Source of the DNA: Nemertoderma westbladi
Taxonomy: Eukaryota; Animalia; Xenacoelomorpha
Direction: 5' to 3'
DNA: 64,000 nucleotides
Assembly (NCBI GenBank): GCA_032718475.1
Contig: JAUCBJ010006054.1
Coordinates: forward strand, 1 to 64,000
Shown: positions 41,901 to 56,900 of the stretch, piece by piece
Layout of the letters: every line of letters begins with the position of its first letter
Position numbering within the stretch: the first letter of the stretch is position 1
Notes under the pieces: generated by a model
The model's database searches: none
What the model was told of the DNA's origin: nothing
The model's input: the letters and a program-made list of their open reading frames with translations, nothing else
Made by a program: the position numbers and the translations under genes

Positions 41901-44900
41901 CGTACCATCAGCTCCAAATAACAATGTACTAATAAACGTACCATCAGCTCTAAATATCATGTATTAATAAACACGTACCATCAGCTCCAAATAACAATGT
42001 ACTAATAAACGTACCATCAGCTCCAAATAACAATGTACTAATAAACACGTACCATCAGCTCCAAATATCATGTATTAATAAACACGTACCATCAGCTCCA
42101 AATAACAATGTACTAATAAACACGTACCATCAGCTCCAAATATCAATGTACTAATAAACGTACCATCAGCTCCAAATAACAATGTACTAATAAACACGTA
42201 CCATCAGCTCCAAATATCATGTATTAATAAACACGTTCCATCAGCTCCAAATAACAATGTACTAATAAACGTACCATCAGCTCCAAATAACAATGTACTA
42301 ATAAACACGTACCATCAGCTCCAAATAACAATGTACTAATAAACACGTACCATCAGCTCCAAATATCAATGTACTAATAAACGTACCATCAGCTCCAAAT
42401 AACAATGTACTAATAAACACGTTCCATCAGCTCCAAATAACAATGTACTAATAAACACGTACCATCAGCTCCAAATATCAATGTACTAATAAACGTACCA
42501 TCAGCTCCAAATAACAATGTACTAATAAACACGTACCATCAGCTCCAAATATCAATGTACTAATAAACGTACCATCAGCTCCAAATAACAATGTACTAAT
42601 AAACACGTACCATCAGCTCCAAATAACAATGTACTAATAAACACGTACCATCAGCTCCAAATATCAATGTACTAATAAACGTACCATCAGCTCCAAATAA
42701 CAATGTACTAATAAACACGTACCATCAGCTCCAAATAACAATGTACTAATAAACACGTACCATCAGCTCCAAATATCAATGTACTAATAAACGTACCATC
42801 AGCTCCAAATATCATGTATTAATAAACACGTACCATCAGCTCCAAATAACAATGTACTAATAAACGTACCATCAGCTCCAAATAACAATGTACTAATAAA
42901 CACGTACCATCAGCTCCAAATATCAATGTACTAATAAACGTACCATCAGCTCCAAATAACAATGTACTAATAAACACGTACCATCAGCTCCAAATAACAT
43001 GTATTAATAAACACGTTCCATCAGCTCCAAATAACAATGTACTAATAAACGTACCATCAGCTCCAAATAACAATGTACTAATAAACACGTACCATCAGCT
43101 CCAAATAACAATGTACTAATAAACACGTACCATCAGCTCCAAATAACAATGTACTAATAAACACGTACCATCAGCTCCAAATATCAATGTACTAATAAAC
43201 GTACCATCAGCTCCAAATAACAATGTACTAATAAACACGTACCATCAGCTCCAAATAACAATGTACTAATAAACGTTCCATCAGCTCCAAATATCATGTA
43301 TTAATAAACACGCACCATCAGCTCCAAATATCAATGTACTAATAAACGTACCATCAGCTCCAAATAACAATGTACTAATAAACGTACCATCAGCTCCAAA
43401 TAACAATGTACTAATAAACACGTACCATCAGCTCCAAATATCAATGTACTAATAAACGTACCATCAGCTCCAAATAACAATGTACTAATAAACGTACCAT
43501 CAGCTCCAAATAACAATGTACTAATAAACGTACCATCAGCTCCAAATAACATGTATTAATAAACACGTACCATCAGCTCCAAATATCAATGTACTAATAA
43601 ACGTACCATCAGCTCCAAATAACAATGTACTAATAAACGTACCATCAGCTCCAAATATCATGTATTAATAAACACGTACCATCAGCTCCAAATAACAATG
43701 TACTAATAAACACGTACCATCAGCTCCAAATAACAATGTACTAATAAACACGTACCATCAGCTCCAAATAACAATGTACTAATAAACGTACCATCAGCTC
43801 CAAATAACAATGTACTAATAAACACGTACCATCAGCTCCAAATAACAATGTACTAATAAACACGTACCATCAGCTCCAAATATCATGTATTAATAAACAC
43901 GTACCATCAGCTCCAAATAACAATGTACTAATAAACACGTACCATCAGCTCCAAATATCATGTATTAATAAACACGTACCATCAGCTCCAAATAACAATG
44001 TACTAATAAACGTACCATCAGCTCCAAATAACATGTATTAATAAACACGTACCATCAGCTCCAAATATCAATGTACTAATAAACGTACCATCAGCTCCAA
44101 ATAACAATGTACTAATAAACGTACCATCAGCTCCAAATAACAATGTACTAATAAACACGTACCATCAGCTCCAAATAACAATGTACTAATAAACACGTAC
44201 CATCAGCTCCAAATAACAATGTACTAATAAACGTTCCATCAGCTCCAAATAACAATGTACTAATAAACGTACCATCAGCTCCAAATAACAATGTACTAAT
44301 AAACACGTACCATCAGCTCCAAATATCAATGTACTAATAAACACGTACCATCAGCTCCAAATATCATGTATTAATAAACACGTACCATCAGCTCCAAATA
44401 ACAATGTACTAATAAACACGTACCATCAGCTCCAAATATCATGTATTAATAAACACGTACCATCAGCTCCAAATAACAATGTACTAATAAACACGTACCA
44501 TCAGCTCCAAATAACAATGTACTAATAAACACGTACCATCAGCTCCAAATATCAATGTACTAATAAACGTACCATCAGCTCCAAATAACAATGTACTAAT
44601 AAACGTACCATCAGCTCCAAATAACAATGTACTAATAAACACGTACCATCAGCTCCAAATAACAATGTACTAATAAACACGTTCCATCAGCTCCAAATAA
44701 CAATGTACTAATAAACGTTCCATCAGCTCCAAATAACAATGTACTAATAAACGTACCATCAGCTCCAAATAACAATGTACTAATAAACACGTACCATCAG
44801 CTCCAAATATCAATGTACTAATAAACACGTACCATCAGCTCCAAATATCATGTATTAATAAACACGTACCATCAGCTCCAAATATAATGTATTAATAAAC

Positions 44901-47900
44901 ACGTACCATCAGCTCCAAATATAATGTATTAATAAACACGTACCATCAGCTCCAAATATCATGTATTAATAAACACGTACCATCAGCTCCAAATATCATG
45001 TATTAATAAACACGTACCATCAGCTCCAAATAACAATGTACTAATAAACACGTACCATCAGCTCCAAATAACAATGTACTAATAAACACGTACCATCAGC
45101 TCCAAATAACAATGTACTAATAAACACGTACCATCAGCTCCAAATATCAATGTACTAATAAACACGTACCATCAGCTCCAAATATCATGTATTAATAAAC
45201 ACGTACCATCAGCTCCAAATATCATGTATTAATAAACACGTACCATCAGCTCCAAATAACAATGTACTAATAAACACGTACCATCAGCTCCAAATATCAA
45301 TGTACTAATAAACACGTACCATCAGCTCCAAATATCATGTATTAATAAACACGTACCATCAGCTCCAAATATAATGTATTAATAAACACGTACCATCAGC
45401 TCCAAATATCATGTATTAATAAACACGTACCATCAGCTCCAAATATCAATGTACTAATAAACGTACCATCAGCTCCAAATAACAATGTACTAATAAACAC
45501 GTACCATCAGCTCCAAATATCATGTATTAATAAACACGTTCCATCAGCTCCAAATAACAATGTACTAATAAACGTACCATCAGCTCCAAATAACAATGTA
45601 CTAATAAACACGTACCATCAGCTCCAAATAACAATGTACTAATAAACACGTACCATCAGCTCCAAATATCAATGTACTAATAAACGTACCATCAGCTCCA
45701 AATATCAATGTACTAATAAACACGTACCATCAGCTCCAAATATCATGTATTAATAAACACGTACCATCAGCTCCAAATAACAATGTACTAATAAACGTAC
45801 CATCAGCTCCAAATAACAATGTACTAATAAACACGTACCATCAGCTCCAAATATCAATGTACTAATAAACGTACCATCAGCTCCAAATAACAATGTACTA
45901 ATAAACACGTACCATCAGCTCCAAATAACATGTATTAATAAACACGTTCCATCAGCTCCAAATAACAATGTACTAATAAACGTACCATCAGCTCCAAATA
46001 ACAATGTACTAATAAACACGTACCATCAGCTCCAAATAACAATGTACTAATAAACACGTACCATCAGCTCCAAATAACAATGTACTAATAAACACGTACC
46101 ATCAGCTCCAAATATCAATGTACTAATAAACGTACCATCAGCTCCAAATAACAATGTACTAATAAACACGTACCATCAGCTCCAAATAACAATGTACTAA
46201 TAAACGTTCCATCAGCTCCAAATATCATGTATTAATAAACACGTACCATCAGCTCCAAATATCAATGTACTAATAAACGTACCATCAGCTCCAAATAACA
46301 ATGTACTAATAAACGTACCATCAGCTCCAAATAACAATGTACTAATAAACACGTACCATCAGCTCCAAATATCAATGTACTAATAAACGTACCATCAGCT
46401 CCAAATAACAATGTACTAATAAATGTACCATCAGCTCCAAATAACAATGTACTAATAAACGTACCATCAGCTCCAAATAACATGTATTAATAAACACGTA
46501 CCATCAGCTCGAAATATCAATGTACTAATAAACGTACCATCAGCTCCAAATAACAATGTACTAATAAACGTACCATCAGCTCCAAATATCATGTATTAAT
46601 AAACACGTACCATCAGCTCCAAATAACAATGTACTAATAAACACGTACCATCAGCTCCAAATATCAATGTACTAATAAACGTACCATCAGCTCCAAATAA
46701 CAATGTACTAATAAACGTACCATCAGCTCCAAATAACAATGTACTAATAAACACGTACCATCAGCTCCAAATAACAATGTACTAATAAACACGTTCCATC
46801 AGCTCCAAATAACAATGTACTAATAAACGTTCCATCAGCTCCAAATAACAATGTACTAATAAACGTACCATCAGCTCCAAATAACAATGTACTAATAAAC
46901 ACGTACCATCAGCTCCAAATATCAATGTACTAATAAACACGTACCATCAGCTCCAAATATCATGTATTAATAAACACGTACCATCAGCTCCAAATATAAT
47001 GTATTAATAAACACGTACCATCAGCTCCAAATATAATGTATTAATAAACACGTACCATCAGCTCCAAATATCATGTATTAATAAACACGTACCATCAGCT
47101 CCAAATATCATGTATTAATAAACACGTACCATCAGCTCCAAATAACAATGTACTAATAAACACGTACCATCAGCTCCAAATAACAATGTACTAATAAACA
47201 CGTACCATCAGCTCCAAATAACAATGTACTAATAAACACGTACCATCAGCTCCAAATATCAATGTACTAATAAACACGTACCATCAGCTCCAAATATCAT
47301 GTATTAATAAACACGTACCATCAGCTCCAAATATCATGTATTAATAAACACGTACCATCAGCTCCAAATAACAATGTACTAATAAACACGTACCATCAGC
47401 TCCAAATATCAATGTACTAATAAACACGTACCATCAGCTCCAAATATCATGTATTAATAAACACGTACCATCAGCTCCAAATATAATGTATTAATAAACA
47501 CGTACCATCAGCTCCAAATATCATGTATTAATAAACACGTACCATCAGCTCCAAATATCAATGTACTAATAAACGTACCATCAGCTCCAAATAACAATGT
47601 ACTAATAAACACGTACCATCAGCTCCAAATATCATGTATTAATAAACACGTTCCATCAGCTCCAAATAACAATGTACTAATAAACGTACCATCAGCTCCA
47701 AATAACAATGTACTAATAAACACGTACCATCAGCTCCAAATAACAATGTACTAATAAACACGTACCATCAGCTCCAAATATCAATGTACTAATAAACGTA
47801 CCATCAGCTCCAAATATCAATGTACTAATAAACACGCACCATCAGCTCCAAATATCATGTATTAATAAACACGTACCATCAGCTCCAAATAACAATGTAC

Positions 47901-50900
47901 TAATAAACGTACCATCAGCTCCAAATAACAATGTACTAATAAACACGTACCATCAGCTCCAAATATCAATGTACTAATAAACGTACCATCAGCTCCAAAT
48001 AACAATGTACTAATAAACACGTACCATCAGCTCCAAATAACATGTATTAATAAACACGTTCCATCAGCTCCAAATAACAATGTACTAATAAACGTACCAT
48101 CAGCTCCAAATAACAATGTACTAATAAACACGTACCATCAGCTCCAAATAACAATGTACTAATAAACACGTACCATCAGCTCCAAATAACAATGTACTAA
48201 TAAACACGTACCATCAGCTCCAAATATCAATGTACTAATAAACGTACCATCAGCTCCAAATAACAATGTACTAATAAACACGTACCATCAGCTCCAAATA
48301 ACAATGTACTAATAAACGTTCCATCAGCTCCAAATATCATGTATTAATAAACACGTACCATCAGCTCCAAATATCAATGTACTAATAAACGTACCATCAG
48401 CTCCAAATAACAATGTACTAATAAACGTACCATCAGCTCCAAATAACAATGTACTAATAAACACGTACCATCAGCTCCAAATATCAATGTACTAATAAAC
48501 GTACCATCAGCTCCAAATAACAATGTACTAATAAACGTACCATCAGCTCCAAATAACAATGTACTAATAAACGTACCATCAGCTCCAAATAACATGTATT
48601 AATAAACACGTACCATCAGCTCGAAATATCAATGTACTAATAAACGTACCATCAGCTCCAAATAACAATGTACTAATAAACGTACCATCAGCTCCAAATA
48701 TCATGTATTAATAAACACGTACCATCAGCTCCAAATAACAATGTACTAATAAACACGTACCATCAGCTCCAAATAACAATGTACTAATAAACGTACCATC
48801 AGCTCCAAATAACAATGTACTAATAAACACGTACCATCAGCTCCAAATAACAATGTACTAATAAACACGTACCATCAGCTCCAAATATCATGTATTAATA
48901 AACACGTACCATCAGCTCCAAATAACAATGTACTAATAAACACGTACCATCAGCTCCAAATATCATGTATTAATAAACACGTACCATCAGCTCCAAATAA
49001 CAATGTACTAATAAACGTACCATCAGCTCCAAATAACATGTATTAATAAACACGTACCATCAGCTCCAAATATCAATGTACTAATAAACGTACCATCAGC
49101 TCCAAATAACAATGTACTAATAAACGTACCATCAGCTCCAAATAACAATGTACTAATAAACACGTACCATCAGCTCCAAATAACAATGTACTAATAAACA
49201 CGTACCATCAGCTCCAAATAACAATGTACTAATAAACGTTCCATCAGCTCCAAATAACAATGTACTAATAAACGTACCATCAGCTCCAAATAACAATGTA
49301 CTAATAAACACGTACCATCAGCTCCAAATATCAATGTACTAATAAACACGTACCATCAGCTCCAAATATCATGTATTAATAAACACGTACCATCAGCTCC
49401 AAATAACAATGTACTAATAAACACGTACCATCAGCTCCAAATATCATGTATTAATAAACACGTACCATCAGCTCCAAATAACAATGTACTAATAAACACG
49501 TACCATCAGCTCCAAATAACAATGTACTAATAAACACGTACCATCAGCTCCAAATATCAATGTACTAATAAACGTACCATCAGCTCCAAATAACAATGTA
49601 CTAATAAACGTACCATCAGCTCCAAATAACAATGTACTAATAAACACGTACCATCAGCTCCAAATAACAATGTACTAATAAACACGTTCCATCAGCTCCA
49701 AATAACAATGTACTAATAAACGTTCCATCAGCTCCAAATAACAATGTACTAATAAACGTACCATCAGCTCCAAATAACAATGTACTAATAAACACGTACC
49801 ATCAGCTCCAAATATCAATGTACTAATAAACACGTACCATCAGCTCCAAATATCATGTATTAATAAACACGTACCATCAGCTCCAAATATAATGTATTAA
49901 TAAACACGTACCATCAGCTCCAAATATAATGTATTAATAAACACGTACCATCAGCTCCAAATATCATGTATTAATAAACACGTACCATCAGCTCCAAATA
50001 TCATGTATTAATAAACACGTACCATCAGCTCCAAATAACAATGTACTAATAAACACGTACCATCAGCTCCAAATAACAATGTACTAATAAACACGTACCA
50101 TCAGCTCCAAATAACAATGTACTAATAAACACGTACCATCAGCTCCAAATATCAATGTACTAATAAACACGTACCATCAGCTCCAAATATCATGTATTAA
50201 TAAACACGTACCATCAGCTCCAAATATCATGTATTAATAAACACGTACCATCAGCTCCAAATAACAATGTACTAATAAATACGTACCATCAGCTCCAAAT
50301 ATCAATGTACTAATAAACACGTACCATCAGCTCCAAATATCATGTATTAATAAACACGTACCATCAGCTCCAAATATAATGTATTAATAAACACGTACCA
50401 TCAGCTCCAAATATCATGTATTAATAAACACGTACCATCAGCTCCAAATATCATGTATTAATAAACACGTACCATCAGCTCCAAATAACAATGTACTAAT
50501 AAACACGTACCATCAGCTCCAAATAACAATGTACTAATAAACACGTACCATCAGCTCCAAATATCATGTATTAATAAACACGTACCATCAGCTCCAAATA
50601 TCATGTATTAATAAACACGTACCATCAGCTCCAAATAACAATGTACTAATAAACACGTACCATCAGCTCCAAATAACAATGTACTAATAAACACGTACCA
50701 TCAGCTCCAAATAACAATGTACTAATAAACACGTACCATCAGCTCCAAATATCAATGTACTAATAAACACGTACCATCAGCTCCAAATATCATGTATTAA
50801 TAAACACGTACCATCAGCTCCAAATATCATGTATTAATAAACACGTACCATCAGCTCCAAATAACAATGTACTAATAAACACGTACCATCAGCTCCAAAT

Positions 50901-53900
50901 AACAATGTACTAATAAACACGTACCATCAGCTCCAAATAACAATGTACTATTAAACACGTACCATCAGCTCCAAATATCAATGTACTAATAAACATGTAC
51001 CATCAGCTCCAAATATCATGTATTAATAAACACGTACCATCAGCTCCAAATATAATGTATTAATAAACACGTACCATCAGCTCCAAATATAATGTATTAA
51101 TAAACACGTACCATCAGCTCCAAATATAATGTATTAATAAACACGTACCATCAGCTCCAAATATCATGTATTAATAAACACGTACCATCAGCTCCAAATA
51201 TCATGTATTAATAAACACGTACCATCAGCTCCAAATAACAATGTACTAATAAACACGTACCATCAGCTCCAAATATCATGTATTAATAAACACGTACCAT
51301 CAGCTCCAAATAACAATGTACTAATAAACACGTACCATCAGCTCCAAATAACAATGTACTAATAAACACGTACCATCAGCTCCAAATAACAATGTACTAA
51401 TAAACACGTACCATCAGCTCCAAATATCATGTATTAATAAACACGAACCATCAGCTCCAAATATAATGTATTAATAAACACGTACCATCAGCTCCAAATA
51501 TAATGTATTAATAAACACGTACCATCAGCTCCAAATATCATGTATTAATAAACACGTACCATCAGCTCCAAATATCATGTATTAATAAACACGTACCATC
51601 AGCTCCAAATAACAATGTACTAATAAACACGTACCATCAGCTCCAAATAACAATGTACTAATAAACACGTACCATCAGCTCCAAATATCAATGTACTAAT
51701 AAACGTACCATCAGCTCCAAATATCAATGTACTAATAAACACGTACCATCAGCTCCAAATATCAATGTACTAATAAACACGTACCATCAGCTCCAAATAA
51801 CAATGTACTAATAAACACGTACCATCAGCTCCAAATAACAATGTACTAATAAACACGTACCATCAGCTCCAAATAACAATGTACTAATAAACGTTCCATC
51901 AGCTCCAAATAACAATGTACTAATAAACGTACCATCAGCTCCAAATAACAATGTACTAATAAACACGTACCATCAGCTCCAAATATCAATGTACTAATAA
52001 ACACGTACCATCAGCTCCAAATATCATGTATTAATAAACACGTACCATCAGCTCCAAATATAATGTATTAATAAACACGTACCATCAGCTCCAAATATCA
52101 TGTATTAATAAACACGTACCATCAGCTCCAAATATAATGTATTAATAAACACGTACCATCAGCTCCAAATATCATGTATTAATAAACACGTACCATCAGC
52201 TCCAAATATCATGTATTAATAAACACGTACCATCGGCTCCAAATATAATGTATTAATAAACACGTACCATCAGCTCCAAATATCATGTATTAATAAACAC
52301 GTACCATCAGCTCCAAATATCATGTATTAATAAACACGTACCATCAGCTCCAAATATCAATGTACTAATAAACACGTACCATCAGCTCCAAATATCATGT
52401 ATTAATAAACACGTACCATCAGCTCCAAATATAATGTATTAATAAACACGTACCATCAGCTCCAAATATCATGTATTAATAAACACGTACCATCAGCTCC
52501 AAATATCATGTACTAATAAACACGTACCATCAGCTCCAAATAACAATGTACTAATAAACGTACCATCAGCTCCAAATAACAATGTACTAATAAACACGTA
52601 CCATCAGCTCCAAATATCATGTATTAATAAACACGTACCATCAGCTCCAAATAACAATGTACTAATAAACACGTACCATCAGCTCCAAATATCAATGTAC
52701 TAATAAACGTACCATCAGCTCCAAATAACAATGTACTAATAAACACGTTCCATCAGCTCCAAATAACAATGTACTAATAAACACGTACCATCAGCTCCAA
52801 ATAACAATGTACTAATAAACGTACCATCAGCTCCAAATAACAATGTACTAATAAACACGTACCATCAGCTCCAAATAACAATGTACTAATAAACACGTAC
52901 CATCAGCTCCAAATAACAATGTACTAATAAACGTTCCATCAGCTCCAAATAACAATGTACTAATAAACGTACCATCAGCTCCAAATAACAATGTACTAAT
53001 AAACACGTACCATCAGCTCCAAATATCATGTATTAATAAACACGTACCATCAGCTCCAAATAACAATGTACTAATAAACGTACCATCAGCTCCAAATATC
53101 AATGTACTAATAAACACGTACCATCAGCTCCAAATATCATGTATTAATAAACACGTACCATCAGCTCCAAATATCATGTATTAATAAACACGTACCATCA
53201 GCTCCAAATATCATGTATTAATAAACACGTACCATCAGCTCCAAATATCATGTATTAATAAACACGTACCATCAGCTCCAAATATCATGTATTAATAAAC
53301 ACGTACCATCAGCTCCAAATAACAATGTACTAATAAACACGTACCATCAGCTCCAAATAACAATGTACTAATAAACGTTCCATCAGCTCCAAATAACAAT
53401 GTACTAATAAATGTACCATCAGCTCCAAATAACAATGTACTAATAAACACGTACCATCAGCTCCAAATATCATGTATTAATAAACACGTACCATCAGCTC
53501 CAAATAACAATGTACTAATAAACACGTACCATCAGCTCCAAATAACAATGTACTAATAAACGTTCCATCAGCTCCAAATAACAATGTACTAATAAACGTA
53601 CCATCAGCTCCAAATAACAATGTACTAATAAACACGTACCATCAGCTCCAAATATCATGTATTAATAAACACGTACCATCAGCTCCAAATAACAATGTAC
53701 TAATAAACACGTACCATCAGCTCCAAATAACAATGTACTAATAAACGTTCCATCAGCTCCAAATAACAATGTACTAATAAACGTACCATCAGCTCCAAAT
53801 AACAATGTACTAATAAACACGTACCATCAGCTCCAAATATCATGTATTAATAAACACGTACCATCAGCTCCAAATAACAATGTACTAATAAACGTACCAT

Positions 53901-56900
53901 CAGCTCCAAATATCAATGTACTAATAAACACGTACCATCAGCTCCAAATATCATGTATTAATAAACACGTACCATCAGCTCCAAATATCATGTATTAATA
54001 AACACGTACCATCAGCTCCAAATATCATGTATTAATAAACACGTACCATCAGCTCCAAATAACAATGTACTAATAAACACGTACCATCAGCTCCAAATAT
54101 CAATGTACTAATAAACGTACCATCAGCTCCAAATAACAATGTACTAATAAACACGTTCCATCAGCTCCAAATAACAATGTACTAATAAACACGTACCATC
54201 AGCTCCAAATAACAATGTACTAATAAACGTACCATCAGCTCCAAATAACAATGTACTAATAAACACGTACCATCAGCTCCAAATATCATGTATTAATAAA
54301 CACGTACCATCAGCTCCAAATAACAATGTACTAATAAACGTACCATCAGCTCCAAATAACAATGTACTAATAAACACGTACCATCAGCTCCAAATAACAA
54401 TGTACTAATAAACACGTACCATCAGCTCCAAATATCAATGTACTAATAAACACGTACCATCAGCTCCAAATATCATGTATTAATAAACACGTACCATCAG
54501 CTCCAAATATCATGTATTAATAAACACGTACCATCAGCTCCAAATAACAATGTACTAATAAACGTATCATCAGCTCCAAATAACATGTACTAATAAACGT
54601 ACCATCAGCTCCAAATAACAATGTACTAATAAACGTATCATCAGCTCCAAATAACAATGTACTAATAAACACGTACCATCAGCTCCAAATAACAATGTAC
54701 TAATAAACGTACCATCAGCTCCAAATAACAATGTACTAATAAACACGTACCATCAGCTCCAAATATCATGTATTAATAAACACGTACCATCATCTCCAAA
54801 TAACAATGTACTAATAAACGTACCATCAGCTCCAAATAACAATGTACTAATAAACGTACCATCAGCTCCAAATAACAATGTACTAATAAACACGTTCCAT
54901 CAGCTCCAAATATCATGTATTAATAAACACGTACCATCAGCTCCAAATATCATGTATTAATAAACACGTACCATCAGCTCCAAATAACAATGTACTAATA
55001 AACGTACCATCAGCTCCAAATAACAATGTACTAATAAACGTACCATCAGCTCCAAATAACAATGTACTAATAAACACGTTCCATCAGCTCCAAATAACAA
55101 TGTACTAATAAACGTACCATCAGCTCCAAATAACAATGTACTAATAAACGTACCATCAGCTCCAAATAACAATGTACTAATAAACACGTACCATCAGCTC
55201 CAAATAACAATGTACTAATAAACGTACCATCAGCTCCAAATATCATGTATTAATAAACACGTACCATCAGCTCCAAATATCATGTATTAATAAACACGTA
55301 CCATCAGCTCCAAATAACAATGTACTAATAAACACGTACCATCAGCTCCAAATATCAATGTACTAATAAACGTACCATCAGCTCCAAATAACAATGTACT
55401 AATAAACACGTACCATCAGCTCCAAATATCAATGTACTAATAAACGTACCATCAGCTCCAAATAACAATGTACTAATAAACACGTTCCATCAGCTCCAAA
55501 TAACAATGTACTAATAAACACGTACCATCAGCTCCAAATATCATGTATTAATAAACACGTACCATCAGCTCCAAATATCATGTATTAATAAACACGTACC
55601 ATCAGCTCCAAATATCATGTATTAATAAACACGTACCATCAGCTCCAAATATCATGTATTAATAAACACGTACCATCAGCTCCAAATAACAATGTACTAA
55701 TAAACACGTACCATCAGCTCCAAATATCATGTATTAATAAACACGTACCATCAGCTCCAAATATCATGTATTAATAAACACGTACCATCAGCTCCAAATA
55801 TCAATGTACTAATAAACACGTACCATCAGCTCCAAATATCAATGTACTAATAAACGTACCATCAGCTCCAAATAACAATGTACTAATAAACACGTTCCAT
55901 CAGCTCCAAATAACAATGTACTAATAAACACGTACCATCAGCTCCAAATATCATGTATTAATAAACACGTACCATCAGCTCCAAATATCATGTATTAATA
56001 AACACGTACCATCAGCTCCAAATATCATGTATTAATAAACACGTACCATCAGCTCCAAATATCATGTATTAATAAACACGTACCATCAGCTCCAAATAAC
56101 AATGTACTAATAAACACATACCATCAGCTCCAAATATCAATGTACTAATAAACGTACCATCAGCTCCAAATAACAATGTACTAATAAACACGTTCCATCA
56201 GCTCCAAATAACAATGTACTAATAAACACGTACCATCAGCTCCAAATAACAATGTACTAATAAACGTACCATCAGCTCCAAATAACAATGTACTAATAAA
56301 CACGTACCATCAGCTCCAAATATCATGTATTAATAAACACGTACCATCAGCTCCAAATAACAATGTACTAATAAACGTACCATCAGCTCCAAATAACAAT
56401 GTACTAATAAACACGTACCATCAGCTCCAAATAACAATGTACTAATAAACACGTACCATCAGCTCCAAATATCAATGTACTAATAAACACGTACCATCAG
56501 CTCCAAATAACAATGTACTAATAAACGTACCATCAGCTCCAAATAACAATGTACTAATAAACGTACCATCAGCTCCAAATAACAATGTACTAATAAACAC
56601 GTTCCATCAGCTCCAAATAACAATGTACTAATAAACGTACCATCATCTCCAAATAACAATGTACTAATAAACACGTACCATCAGCTCCAAATAACAATGT
56701 ACTAATAAACACGTACCATCAGCTCCAAATATCATGTATTAATAAACGTACCATCAGCTCCAAATAACAATGTACTAATAAACGTACCATCAGCTCCAAA
56801 TAACAATGTACTAATAAACGTACCATCATCTCCAAATAACAATGTACTAATAAACACGTACCATCAGCTCCAAATAACAATGTACTAATAAACGTACCAT

